Shown here piece by piece: positions 40,901 to 54,249 of a DNA stretch of 64,000 nt. The notes beneath the pieces are model-generated. The model saw only the letters and a list, made by a program, of their open reading frames with translations, searched no databases and had not been told where the DNA came from. Source of the DNA: the human T2T-CHM13v2.0 reference genome, Homo sapiens. Each line of letters starts with the position of its first letter. Positions within the stretch are counted from its first letter, which is position 1. Location of the stretch: the NCBI RefSeq assembly GCF_009914755.1, contig NC_060928.1. The stretch is one strand, 5' to 3'. Position numbers and translations under genes: made by a program.

Positions 40901-42464
40901 TCTGATTTTGAAAACTTAGTATTCTTAATTGATAGCAATATAATTCTTTGCATAAATTTAAGGAGAATATGTTTTTCTTTGTAACACAACACAGTTGGAG
41001 ATACTGGTTATTTTACCAAGGCTTTGACGGAATGGCACACTTTCAGATATAAACAGACTGCTTTGAGGAATTGAGATTGACTTTATATAGCCAATAACAG
41101 CACCTTGGAAAGGGGGATCTTGTGTCTTCTCTATGCAAGTTCTTTACAGGGCTTCTGAACTAGTAAGCAAAGAGTGTCACTTTTTGGCAGGCCCAGAAAC
41201 ACCAAGTTATCTTGGGACATAGAGAAGAGAGTAACTCACCCAATTCATACAGGTATCTGCAGACACAGATAAATCCTTTGCTGAACTCAAGGCTTTAAAG
41301 AGGTCTAATCTGATATTCCTTATGAAAAAAGTTCCAGCAAAGCCAGTTTGAAAAAGAAACTATGTGGCAAATAATTATTCTTGATTCATTTTATGCAAAT
41401 AATCAGGCCATAAATAATAAGACTAAAACTTATTTTGCTAGTGAATTGGTCTTACTATAATTTGTGTTTAAGGGGTCTGTAGAGAGAAAAATTATGTTTC
41501 AGAAGAAAACTATGGTACACTTGTTATTAGATTCCAGTCTTGTTCAATGTTTTGAGTTATTATGTTCTACAATTTGGACTGAATCCTGAATTCTTCCCTG
41601 GCTATAAGTGTCCAAGCTAATGTTTTCAAAATTCTCTTCCACTTTTGTGACTTGGACTCAATTAAATTGCTACTACATTTTTCCTGAGGCCCTGCAAATT
41701 GAAGCTCACTCCTTGTGATACAGGTGAGACAAACTAGTTAGATTGCCACTGCCTTCTTCCTCTTTAACTAAAGATATTTTAATTCTAACATCTGATACTT
41801 CAACTGACTACCCTCCAGAATCTAAGGAAACTAATTTATAGATTGTTCCTAATATTAACCTTTGTTTTTCTTCTGTTCCTATAGAAATGTCTCTTATTAC
41901 ATATCTTTTTTCCTGCATCATATATAAAATCCTGGCTCATTTGCAATGACACTCTTGTAATGGTACATAGATGTTTAACTGAACTAATTTTTTCTTAGGA
42001 CTAGAAGTCGACTAAAAAAGATGTGGGATGATATATTAAAATCTGCTCTTTTCTCTTGTCTTTCGAACAATCTCTGACACAAATCTCTCGCTCTCTCCTA
42101 GGACCCTATATCTGCTTGGTTCTCAGGGTTGTTCCCCTGGAACCCTCAATGCTTCAGATCAGTCTACAAGGACATATGAAGCTAGGACTTACACTTCTTT
42201 TTGTAGGGCTCAGTTTGCTGCTCACTTACTTGCTGTGCTAAAACTGTGAATGAGAGTACTAACATCTTTGTCATGCAAACCTTGGGCCCCCAATCAGACA
42301 CCCATGAATACACAGATACCACTGCCAAATGGTTTCGCTCCTCTTACCTTGAAGCCAAACCCTACGCTAAATATGCCTCTCATCAGCGGGAAGAAGTTAG
42401 GGTGGATGTTGGCGTTTTCCCATCTCTGTAGCTCACAACTTGGGAATTTAGCATGCTCCAGCCT

Positions 42465-42474
42465 AAAAAGGGGA
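42465..42474 (+). promoter_or_regulatory. Polypurine tract of the provirus
   Basis: AAAAAGGGGA followed by T, directly before the TGAAACTGCC start of the 3' LTR. Confidence 0.85.
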
Positions 42475-42810
42475 TTGAAACTGCCTTTGCAAAAGTTATA
42501 ACAGTGAGATCAATCTGACACATCTAATTTAATCTTGCTTCTAACCTCACATACTGTCCTTGCTCATTCCTGGGTGACTATTGGAGGCATTTAGTTTATA
42601 GTTTAATTTTAAAACAAACATGATAACAGTTCTTTTCTGAAACGAATCCTCTTCTAGCTCAGGGATTAAAGCCACCTTTGTAAAACTAATAAATTAGCCA
42701 CCAGGTTAGAACTATGGTTCTGGAGTTATGTAGCCAGAGGTCACAAGATTTGTAAACTCCCCAGTTGTACCTATAGATAACATCACTATCACTATTGTAA
42801 TCTGAGACTG

Positions 42811-43109
42811 GGTTGGGCGCGGTGGCTCATGCTTGTCATCCCAGCACTTTGGGAGGCCAAATCGGGTTGATCACCTGAGGTCCAGAGTTTGAGACCAGCC
42901 TGGCCAATATGGTGAAACCTCATCTTTACTAAAAAATACAAAAAGTAGCCAGGTATGGTGGTGTGCGCTTGTAGTTCCAGCTACTAGGAAAGCTGAGGCA
43001 TGAGAATTGCTTGAAGCTGGGAGGCAGAGGTTGCAGTGAGCCGAGACTGCCACTGCACTCCAGTCTGGGCAACAGAGCTAGCCTCTGCCTCTAAATAAAT
43101 ACATAAATA
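42811..43109 (+). mobile_element. AluSx/Sz-like SINE in the 3' LTR only
   Basis: Full dimer, (TAAA)n tail, TSD AATCTGAGACTGG / AATTTGAGACTGG. Confidence 0.95.
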
Positions 43110-43208
43110 AATTTGAGACTGGTGTTTGAGGTATCTTTTAGAACTTGCATTTTGATGGATTAGCTAGCGCCACCCAGACCAGTAACCCATACCAATAAAT
43201 TGACTCAA

Positions 43209-43362
43209 GGTTGGGTATATTTGAGCATGCCTGTAATCCAAACACTTTGGGAAACTCGGGGGGAAGAATCACTTGAGCTCAGGAATTTGAGGTTACAGTG
43301 AGCTGTGCTGGGCCACAGAGTGAGACCCTGTCTGAAAAAAAAGAAAACAAAAATCAAAAAAA
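43209..43362 (+). mobile_element. FRAM/FAM-like old Alu monomer inside the 3' LTR
   Basis: Follows TGACTCAA as in the 5' LTR; GCCTGTAATCCAAACACTTTGGGAAACT..AGGTTACAGTGAGCTG..GAGACCCTGTCT plus A tail. Confidence 0.88.
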
Positions 43363-44013
43363 CAACCAACCTGCATTTTTCATTCATTAGTCCCCTGGCC
43401 ACCATACTGTCCTTGAAAAATACTTGTTTCCAAATTCTCAGGGAGGTGGATTTGAGGAATACCTCCTATTCTTCTGGCTGACCCTGTGATTATTAATCTC
43501 TTTCTTTGCTACAACAGTATCCTTGCTATTCTCAGTGCATTGGCTTTTCTGGGCGGCAGGCAAGAAGAACCCATCAGGCTATAACATTACCACACAACTT
43601 CAAATACATCAAATGTTTAAAAATACTAGAAGACTGTTTCTATTGTCAATTATTTTCTGTTTTTAAACAAAACAGTAGTGAATTTAAGTCATTTGAAGGC
43701 CTGTGTCTTTCAGCTTACTGTAGCCACTTAAATTGTAATTTTAGACAAATCTTTACATACATGAACAAAAATTTAGTACTTCATTTTTTGTGATTCTATA
43801 ATAACTTTTTGAGGGTCTGTAACAAATCTCTTCAGGTTTTTCTTTCCCAAAATATTTGATCATCTTTACATTAAAGGTAGCAGCATTCCAGGGATACAGT
43901 TTCTGAAAAAAAAATGATATTCCCTACTGTTTGTGGTAGTATCCAAAAATATCAAAAGTTTGATTCTTTTTTAAAGAACATTCTATAATTGCTTCTTTTG
44001 TTCACTTCTGTAT

Positions 44014-44045
44014 ACACACACACACACACACACACAAACACACAC
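44014..44045. repeat. (CA)n microsatellite
   Basis: Directly visible. Confidence 0.95.
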
Positions 44046-44500
44046 CCATATAATAATATGCATTATGATCCAAGCTGGCTACTCTATTAAGGCTATTTGA
44101 AATTATGGTAATAATAAAAAGGTAATTTTACCCATACAAGAGAGAAATTGGAGAATGGTAACCATTCATATTGATTTTATCAACTTGATAGCATTTTGCC
44201 ATTCTTCACATATTTATCAGCCTGCTGACTTTTAATTTCCTAGGGATTATAATATATTTGATGTGACTCTTACAGCAAGTATATTAGTAAGTCAAGATCA
44301 TACAAATTACACTAAATATATACCATTCAGATATACTATTAAAATTTAGCTTACTATGTTTTAATGAATGTCTGTGGAAAAGGATGTCCACTTAATGTGT
44401 CTTAGAAAAAAATAGAGATATTATATAAAAGATTAAGTTGAGTAGCATAACTGAAGTGCCAAATTTAATATTATTGCTAACATGTAAACAGTAATGTGTC

Positions 44501-45038
44501 TGAAGAAGTTAAAAATACTCTACCCCAAAATATATTTATTTGACATATTTTTAGATGGCTGCTCAGAGAACCTATAAATAGTAACCCTGCAAAATTATCT
44601 TTTGTAGGGATAATTTGCATCTATAGAGAATCTGTAGTGATGCTACCAGGCTTTCCCTGAGCCCTTCCCTTGCCTGGATCTAGGAAAGATTGACTGAGAA
44701 TCTGACATCATTAAAGGTCTAAAAGAAACATTTACCATCTGTTCTCTTTGATGGTTACAACCTGTGAAATTTCATCTACATAACGAATCCATGTTTGCTA
44801 GCCAGTCCTCCTCTTCTCCCCATCTCATCAGCTGTTTAGCCACCATCCAAAGTCCTCATTCTTTCTGTAAACTCGAGATGGTATATACACTTCTTAATCA
44901 CACTGTAATCACTCTATGGTTCCTCCGTGAGAAAATTAATAAATTGTTATCTCATTTCACTAATTAATCTGCCTTTTGTGAGTTGACTTTTTAGTGAACC
45001 TTAGGAGGAATGGGGAAAGCTTTCCCTTGGCCCCTGCA
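44501..45038 (+). mobile_element. MER34 family (MER34C-like) ERV1 solo LTR
   Basis: TGAAG..TACCCCAAAATATATTT..TGACATATTTT..AATTTGCATCTATAGAGAATCT..TTCCCTTGGCCCCTGCA. Flanks TGTC and CATC are both derivable from a CGTC TSD by CpG decay. Confidence 0.8.
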
Positions 45039-45697
45039 CATCATTAGACTTATTTTAAAACATTAAGCCAGCATTTTATACAATTAGATTTTTTTTCAAA
45101 AAATTTTTCCATTTCTTACACATACAAATTAAATGGAAAATCAAATCCACTAACATTTACATATTGTCTTGCCCATTACCAAACCTCCTGCTAAAAGAGG
45201 TAGATTGCTATAACAGAAGAATATAGTGATGCACTAGGATTTTGATAGTAGGGATGAGTAATGAAGGGATTTATTGATTGACCTTTAGTGTATTAATTTA
45301 TCTTATTATTAATGAGAGTTGCAGAGTCAATCTTTTTGACTCCTCATTTCTTTAACATTAACATTATATTAACTTTGAATCATATTTCTAATAGTATTTT
45401 ACAAAAAGGAGAGAAGTTTATCACTTCTTATCATTCTTCAGTAATCATTATAAGGTTTAACACTCTTGCCTTTTTTTCTCATTCTCTCTGTCTTTCTCGC
45501 TTTTCCCTTTTTCTCCTCTGATTTGAAACATGTGAAACAAAAGTAATGTGATATTTTGCTGTGGTAAATAACTTCTCAATTGCAAATGCAAATATATATA
45601 TATAATTTATTTAATCTCTATATTGTATCTGTGCAAGTTTATAAGATATTCTAGAAAATAGACTCAAAGGTTCATGAAGTCAATTTTGAATGTGTAG

Positions 45698-46028
<331 letters not shown>

Positions 46029-46195
46029 AAGGTTCTCAAACTTTGAATATACAAGAATCATCTGGAGGAGTTATTTAAATACAAATTGCTCTGCAGTTAC
46101 TGACTAAAAATATCAGTAGTGAGTTAAAGAATTTGCTTTCTGAAAACTTTCCTGTTGTGCTAATGCTGCTAGGCTGGGGGAAATTTCAGATCTAT
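46029..46195. mobile_element. MER5A-like MITE (AluY inserted at its terminus)
   Basis: GGTTCTCAAACTTTG..AGAATCATCTGGAGG..TTAAATACAAATTGCT..AAGAATTTGC..TGCTAATGCTGCT. Confidence 0.7.
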
Positions 46196-46367
46196 TGTGT
46201 TAGAGATACAGCATTGTCTCTTAGCTCTAACTACATAATAGCTTAGGAAATACAATTGATAAGAGATGGAGATATTACTGACCCAATTCAGTGATGCACC
46301 AATAAGGGTTTCAAGACTGATTTTCCATTTTTCTTTTTATGTGAGATAAAACATAAGCAAATAGACA

Positions 46368-46992
46368 GTGATCCATTTATTGTCTCAGCTCTAAATCCAT
46401 CTTTGTTTGCTCTGTTTTTTGATATAGCAGCAGGACTTGTAAATCTTCCAGTCTTCCTTCCTTCAGTGCAGGAACCATGGATTCTTATGCAGGAAGCCTA
46501 GCAGCATTACTCCTGTGGCCTTCAGAGACAGTTCCAGTAGCACTTTCTGGCTCTCCTGTCTACCTGGCAGCTGCTTCCAAAGCTGTTCCAGCCACAGTCT
46601 TAGGGAGCTTTTTCCCAATCACCAAGCAGTCTTACTGAGTGTCTTCTTCTCTGGACTAGATCCCACTTGCCCAAAGTCTCTGGCAAGGTCTAGGCCACTG
46701 GCAGGTTTTGTGTTCTAGCGGTGGCTATTTTTCATTGAAGATTGAATTTCAGCCTGGCCAGTTAGAAGTAGGCGTCTTCTCCCAAGTAATTAGTACCAAT
46801 TTTGTCCATGTTCCTCAGCCTAGAATATTATTTGCTTTATTGAACTTGCTTCTTCTGGTCCTATTAGAATTTTATTTTACCATTTTTAGTAGATAACCAT
46901 CTTTTGTTTGTTAACAATTCATGTACAATATTATTAAATTTTCCTCTTCAATTAACTAGAGCTATTTATATTTCCTGATATATACTGATACA
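46368..46992 (+). mobile_element. LTR41-like ERVL LTR (first copy)
   Basis: Starts TTTATTGTCTCAGCTCTAAATCCA and ends ATTAAATTTTCCTC..TTTCCTGA..CTGATACA. Confidence 0.6.
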
Positions 46993-47261
46993 TTAAGTAA
47001 AAACCTCATTTTTTACTTAAAAAAAACTTGTCTATTCTTGTTTCACCAGTGAACCTCCTTGCTGAGTCTACTGAGTGTGTAATAAGTGAGAAAGAATAGA
47101 CTAAGCACAGTTTAGTAAATACTTATTTTTAAATAATAGTTTAGAAAGCAAACATAAACACAACTTCAAAATCTGTTGATGTTTGAGTAAAGTTCTTGAG
47201 TACTTGGGGGTCTTGCATGAGGTATCTGAAAATTGTATCTACTTTTGATGGGGCAAATAAG

Positions 47262-48185
<924 letters not shown>

Positions 48186-48198
48186 GTGAATGAACTTC

Positions 48199-48748
48199 TG
48201 TTGTGACTTTTTTTACTCCAGTAGTTCAGTGGGCAGGAGTGTTAACAGCTCTTTTACTCCCACCACCTGCAGCTCAGCGAGCAGGAGCATTACAGCTCTT
48301 TTGTTCCTGCTGTTTGGTGAGTTCTGGTTTCTTGTCCCCCAACCAAAAGGAATAAAGTACATGGACACCAGAGAGGGATAAGGCAGAGTAGAATTTATTG
48401 TGCATAAGAAAAGCTCTTGACAGTGAGAAAGGACCTGATAGTGGGTAGCCATCTGTGAGGCTAAGTCGGGGGTTTCTATATGCTTAGAATGGGGGCGTGT
48501 TTGCTGATTTGTTTATGGGTAAACTTGGAAAAGGCACCATTTGATTGGTGAAAAGGCATCATTCAGAAAGAATCAATCAAGGAAGAGTGGGTAAAACGGA
48601 TACAGAAGTTCTCACTCTGGTCCGTGAATTCTATCCAAAACTGGTAGCTCAGTTTTCAGGCTTTAGACTGTCCTTGCCTTGAAGGTTGAGTTTCATCAGG
48701 GACCCATACCTGTCTGTCTAGGAATTTGTCTGTTTTCTGTCACTATCA
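48199..48748 (-). mobile_element. ERV1 solo LTR, LTR27/LTR28/LTR1 group
   Basis: Minus strand starts TGATAGTGACAGAAAACAGACAAATTCCTAGACAGACAGG..TGAAACTCAACCTTCAAG and ends AACA. Flanks CTTC / CTTT. Confidence 0.75.
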
Positions 48749-49211
48749 CTTTGACAATAACAGAAATTGGTACTTGGAGTCATCCCAAGAAACAGAATCT
48801 GAAATATAAAGTGTTGAGTTGGGTTTGCTTTTGTCCTCCTGCTTGACCATAGAGCTAATGCCCTTGCAAACTGGAAACTGGATATTAGTAATCGGTGACA
48901 TGCGGTAGTTTTATGACTAATTCAGCATCTCTCTTCATCTATGTGTAAATCATATAGGTTTTTCAGAATAACTGTAAATTATTGTAAATTTAGGTAGAGG
49001 CTCTAGTTCCAGATGTAATTCCCTGGTAACTGATATTCACCTATTTACCCGGCAAACACTTTTTTCTTCATAAAATTTCACAGGAACCACCATAACTGGT
49101 TTACCTGGCACAGTTGTCAGTATGCTTTCACCGTTTTGCCTCAGATGTACATCATTTATCCTACTCCCTGTCATGTCATAATTTGGAAAAATCTTGAAAT
49201 TATCCCACAAA

Positions 49212-49575
49212 ATTACACTGGATAATTTTATTGATGATATACGTTAACTAGAACAAAGAAGTACACAGTGCAAAAACTTCAGGTGCCATTGTATGTTGGA
49301 TGCCATACTAGCTCTCCTACATTGAGAGATTAACCTAGTGATTGGAGTCTACAAACCCAGTAATGTTTCTAGGAGTCCAATTATCTAAATCTATAATTGG
49401 AGTGATCCCCTCTCCAGTGAAAGATAAGTCACTACATCTTGAACTACCCAAGAGTCCCAAAGAATCAGTGCTTGATGAGCCATTATGTATTTCAGAGGCA
49501 ACATATAACACAGTAAATGTACTAATTAAACCCGCATATCATCAAATAACTCATAAGGCTGCCAATTTTGAATGA
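49212..49575 (+). pseudogene. pol: ERVL reverse transcriptase remnant
   Basis: Degenerate YIDD box (FIDD) and the ERVL segment VKFLGVQW..DIPSKVKDKLLHL recognisable in ORF 49342-49575. Confidence 0.8.
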
Positions 49576-49659
49576 GGATCAGAGAAAGAAAAATGCTTGT
49601 GAAATAATATGTTATTTATTTAGTCATATTATTCTGTCTAATAATGCTTTTAATCATAT

Positions 49660-49790
49660 AATTAATTTCATGGCAGAAAATATGCAGCAGTGGGCTCACA
49701 TCTGTGGGATTTTCTTACCATTATGCTTTCACGGGGAAGCAGCTGAACTAACAGATCCATGGAATGTCCTCCTGAAGACCTAATTATGGC
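49660..49790 (+). pseudogene. pol: ERVL integrase core remnant
   Basis: QQWAHICGI..EAAELTDPWNVLLKT compared with recalled ERVL QQWAHAHGI..EAAGLIERWNGLLK. Confidence 0.75.
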
Positions 49791-50037
49791 ACTCGTTGGT
49801 AAAAAAGACCTTGAGAACACAGGATTCAATCTTACAGAATTTCGTATACGCTTGAAACAGCAGCCAGTAAATGACACTGTATCTTTTACAGCCAGAACGT
49901 AGAAGTATTAGAAAAAAAGGTATGTAAATAAAAATGGCTTCTTTCACCATTAAACCCAATAATAAAATAATAGAAATTTGCCTTCCACAACTTTCAGTTC
50001 TGCTGGTTTAGATGTCATAGGTTACTAGAGAAGATTT

Positions 50038-50507
50038 CATGAAAGGAAAATATCTTGGGCCCCCATAACCACTAAGCTAAAGGGAAAATTCAAGCTGTGA
50101 ACTGCTTAGGACAAATTTGCCTCCCATTCTATTCAGAGTTATCCCTTTGCTCACTGACATAAATGCATATCCGATTGCCTCCTTTGGAGAGGCTGATCAG
50201 AAACTCAAAATAATGCAATTATTTGTCTCTCATCTATCTGTGACCTGGAAACCTCCTCCCCACTTCGTGTCTTCCTGCCTTTGCTTTGAGTTGTCTGGCC
50301 TTTCCAGACCAAAACAGTGTACTTATTGCCTATATTGATTGATGTCTCATATCACTCTAAATTGCATAAAACCAAGTTTTGCCCTGACCACCCTGGACAC
50401 ATATCATCAGGACTTCCTGAGGCTGTGTCACGGGTGAGTGTTCTCAACCTTGGCAAAATAAACTTTCTAAATTAACTGAGACCTGTCTCAAATTTTAGGG
50501 GTTCACA
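50038..50507 (+). mobile_element. MER4A/MER4A1 ERV1 solo LTR
   Basis: TGAAAGGAAAATATCTTGGGCCCCC..CACTAAGCTAAAGGGAAAA..AAAATAAACTTTCTAAATTAACTGAGACCTGTCTCA..GGGTTCACA; flanks ATTT / GTTT. Confidence 0.9.
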
Positions 50508-50660
50508 GTTTTCACCAGGGAAAAATAGTTCCATTGAACTATAAGTTGGGATTGCCTCCTAGCCATTGGAACATCTCACACCCCATAACAAATAAGGAAA
50601 GGAAGATGTTACTCAATGGGATAGTATCAATGATCCTGATTACCAAGGAGAAATTAAATA
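50508..50660 (+). pseudogene. ERVL dUTPase remnant
   Basis: PLNYKLGLPPSH (ERVL PLNWKLRLPPGH) and GATCCTGATTACCAAGGAGAAATT = DPDYQGEI at 50632-50655, in different frames. Confidence 0.8.
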
Positions 50661-50974
50661 AAGTAATGCTAGAAACTGAAGTCAAGTGTTACTTGAGGCC
50701 CTTATTTGCACTTCCATGACCAATCGTAAAATTAATTGATCTTTAAAGGACAACAACAACAAAAACCTCTACAGAGAACTCTGCCTCTTCCAGAAGAAGA
50801 TTTGGGTCACGGCTTCAATAAGAAATCCTCCAGTTGAGGTTCTGATTGAAAAGAAAGTAAATATGAAAGCTTTAAATGTCAGCTGGAGCCTTAATATCAG
50901 TTACAGAAGCAAGGAATTAAGTACCTATAAGAAGGGCCAGATGAGGCAGTGACTAAATATTCAGAACAACAAAG

Positions 50975-51140
50975 AAAATAGTAAACGCGAAGGCCTTGAG
51001 TTAAGAAAGTAAATGGTGTGTTGAAACACATCAAAAAGAAGGAGTAAGCAGTGAACTGACAAGAAGAGTTGAAGAGATGAGCTCAGAGAGATAAAGGAAG
51101 ACCCAAGAGATTATAGGAGGGCTTTGGAAATCATGGGTAC
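50975..51140 (-). mobile_element. Possible L2 fragment
   Basis: Purine-rich AAGGCCTTGAG..GGTGTGTTGA..AGATGAGCTCAGAGAG..GGGCTTTG pattern; highly diverged. Confidence 0.45.
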
Positions 51141-51159
51141 CCACATACACATGATTTGG

Positions 51160-51560
51160 GGTGTAAGTTGGTGAACTTTGGAGGAATGTTTGGCAGCACC
51201 TCAAAAATTTTGAATATAAACACTTTCTCACTCAGCAACTTACTTCCATTTTATCCTGGAGACACAGTCATAATTTTACTCAAGGATATGTGTAGTAGGA
51301 TGTTTACTACATAATTTATTACTATAAAGTACAAACAACCCAGAAATCTGGCTTAAAAATGTGCATACATTAATGAAATTCAACATAGCCATTTTAAAGA
51401 ACAAGGACTTCTGAATTTCGTATTGACATGAAAAACTCTCCAAGGTCCATAATTAGGTGAGAAAAGCAAGGCACAGGAAAACCTGCTTCTGTTTATTTGA
51501 AAATGTGTATGTATGTTTATGTATACATGCATATGTACATATAGAACATTATGGATGAAA
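51160..51560 (+). mobile_element. Ancient L1ME-like 3' fragment
   Basis: GTAAGTTGGT..CTTTGGAGG..TTTGGCA..CTCAGCAA..CAAGGATATGTG..AGGATGTTTACT..AAACAACCCA. Confidence 0.6.
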
Positions 51561-52034
51561 AAAAGAAATATTAATAATCTTCCTTCTTAAGGTGATAAGA
51601 CAAGCCTCTTTTCCTATCCTTGTTGCACGTTACAAATAGTTACACCTTGCAAATATTCATAATAATGAAAAAAATAAGAAAAATTAATAAAATAGAAAAA
51701 TAAATAGACAACAAATCAATATAAGAAAATTAAAACACTATGGATGTTACACGCGTGCATCCATATCTATTAGAACATCTGGATTCTCTGGTATTTGTCT
51801 ATATATAAACATTTACATATTTATGTGTATGCATATATATATGTAAATGTTTATGAATAGTTCCCAATACACTGAATAGGCCCTTTTGTTCTCCCAGTTT
51901 TGGGTACTACCGGTCGACAAGAAAGTTTTTAGGACCCTTTATATTTTTATTTACTTGTAGTTGAATGAGATTTAAGAAACTGACACAGTGTCCATTATGC
52001 TGAAACAATCCTTAATACCAGGGATTTTTATAGC

Positions 52035-52188
52035 ATATATATACACACACTCACATATATATATATGTACACACACACACACACACACATATATACACAT
52101 ATATATACTATATATATGTTTTATATATATACACGTATATGTACATATATATGTTTGTGTGTATATATATACTATATATATGTTTGTG

Positions 52189-52233
<45 letters not shown>
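52035..52233. repeat. Compound (CA)n/(TA)n/(TG)n tract
   Basis: Directly visible. Confidence 0.97.
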
Positions 52234-52235
<2 letters not shown>

Positions 52236-52352
52236 TTTAACCAAAAAAAATTTATAGGGTTGCTATTGACATCATGCAACATTGGCTAAATTGAAAATTC
52301 TTTGCCAATAAATTTACAATGATAAGCCAAAGAGTTTTAGAACACAAAAATG

Positions 52353-52634
52353 GGCCAGGTGCAGTTGCTCATGCCTGTAATCCCAGCATTTTGGGATGCC
52401 AAGATGGGCGGATCACCTGAAGTCAGGAGTTCAAGGCCAGCCTGGCCAACCTGGTGAAACCCCATCTCTACTAAAAAATACAAAATATTAGCCGGGCATG
52501 GTGTAATTCCAGCTGCTTGGGAGGCTGAGGCTGGAGAATCACTTCAACCCGGAAGGCAGAGGTTGCAGTGAGCCAAGATCGTGCCACTTCACTCCAGCTT
52601 GGGCACTAAGAGAGAACTGTCTCAAAAAAAAAAA
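52353..52634 (+). mobile_element. AluSx/Sz-like SINE
   Basis: Dimer with a small deletion; TSD AGAA(C/T)ACAAAAATG. Confidence 0.95.
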
Positions 52635-54249
52635 AGAATACAAAAATGTTTAAGCCAAATGAATTTTACTTAATTTTTGCACAATATTTTTATAGTCTAT
52701 ACTGAGCTAATCCAATTTTCTAGTCAATCAGAATCCAATAATATTTAGATGAGTTATAATCTATTGGAAATAACCAGGGTTATATCTAAATATATGCTTC
52801 TGAAACTTTCACAGGCATTAAAACCTAGTTCAAAACCTTTAAAATGGCACATTACAAAGTTTAAAGTCAAAGTGTTCAGGAAATAAAATGTAGGCAAATT
52901 TGAAATCATAAGGAAATTAATTTTCATATGTCAAGGATTTTATACATATTGTAGAGAATTAGTAATTAAATCCTTTAAAGTTTTTTGCTCTGTTTCATTT
53001 TTCCACATCTTTGAAGAATATCTTTGAACATTATTAAAAGTGAAATGTGAGTGTTATTTCTTTAAAATGAATGTAGCTATTTTGGCTAAGCACTAAATTT
53101 ATAAATGATTTATGGGCATCAGATCTGCAGCTTAATTTATATACTTTCATTCCTTTCAGCATGTTGTCCTTGACTGTTATTACAAGGTCTTGAACACACT
53201 ATTTCTTCATAAAATCAGAAAGTTATTAGGCAGACTGCAGTGATTTTACGTTGAGCTGTAGCTGATGAGAGTGTGACAGTGCTCAAATGTATTCATTTAT
53301 ATGCTGTAAGTTGTGTACTCTAGTTTTCCATAAGTATTATTTCTAGAAATTGTTTGTTCTGTATAATTGGAAACAAATTCAAATAAAAATACCCTTAAGA
53401 TAATCACAAGCTCAATAGGATAATATTGTCTCATTCTCTATTTATAACTGTTCCATATGAAAAATGTATTATTGGGAAAAAATCTTAAGGATGTAGTGAT
53501 ACATAATGATTTGAGATTATATAAAATCCTAGGCTTCTATTTTGGAATTCTGCTTTTCTAAGATATTTGAATTCTAAAATAAATGAATTATGTTATTTAA
53601 AAATAAAGGGATCAAAAATAGTATTTTTTAAACATAAAAAGTAAAATTGGAAAATTTATTTTATCTGATAATAAAATGTAATAAAATATGCTATACTTTA
53701 CATTTATATTTTACATTATTTATACCATAGCAATTAATATATTTTACAGGTAGTATGTATTAATTTAATTTATTGCTCAGTTTAAGCATGGTATTTTAGC
53801 TTTGCTTATGTGTAGATGGCGATTCGGTGAAACCCTAGGTAATTAAAATAGAACCAACAGCTATTTACATCACAATTATATTGAAAATATTATATAGTAA
53901 GTTAATAATGGCACAAATAGAGCCCCAACATTTCTGTGTTGTTCTCTGGCTGAATTTTACTAAGAAAAGACACTTAAGCTTTGTGTTTACCATGCATTCT
54001 CAACTGAAGAGAGCAAAATCCATTTTTACTAATTTCATCAAAAAACCAGAAATGTGAAAAGATAGCAAGGAAAATCTCTTTGGAAGTGACTGCAAAATTA
54101 TTGAAGACAACTTAATAGTCATAAGCACCTTGGTTTATCACTCAAGGAAAACACGTTTTAGTAATTAGAAAACACTTTATAATTTAGCCTGCTGAGTGTC
54201 ATTTACTTGGATACATACTCACCTTTTTGAATTAGCAATGGGATATAAT

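Larger units (their letters stand above)
42476..43586 (+). mobile_element. 3' LTR (LTR8A/LTR8B-like) of the provirus
   Basis: TGAAACTGCCTTTGCAAAAGTTATAACAGTGAG...CCCATCAGGCTATAACA. Flank TTAC compared with TTAA before the 5' LTR (degenerate 4-bp TSD). Confidence 0.92.
48761..50920 (+). mobile_element. ERVL-type internal region (leader plus deleted pol and dUTPase)
   Basis: Starts AAATTGGTAC. Relic peptides in retroviral order: ITLDNFIDDI (49212-49241), VMFLGVQ..IPSPVKDKSLHL (RT), QQWAH..EAAELTDPWNVLLKT (integrase), DPDYQGEI (dUTPase). Confidence 0.88.
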
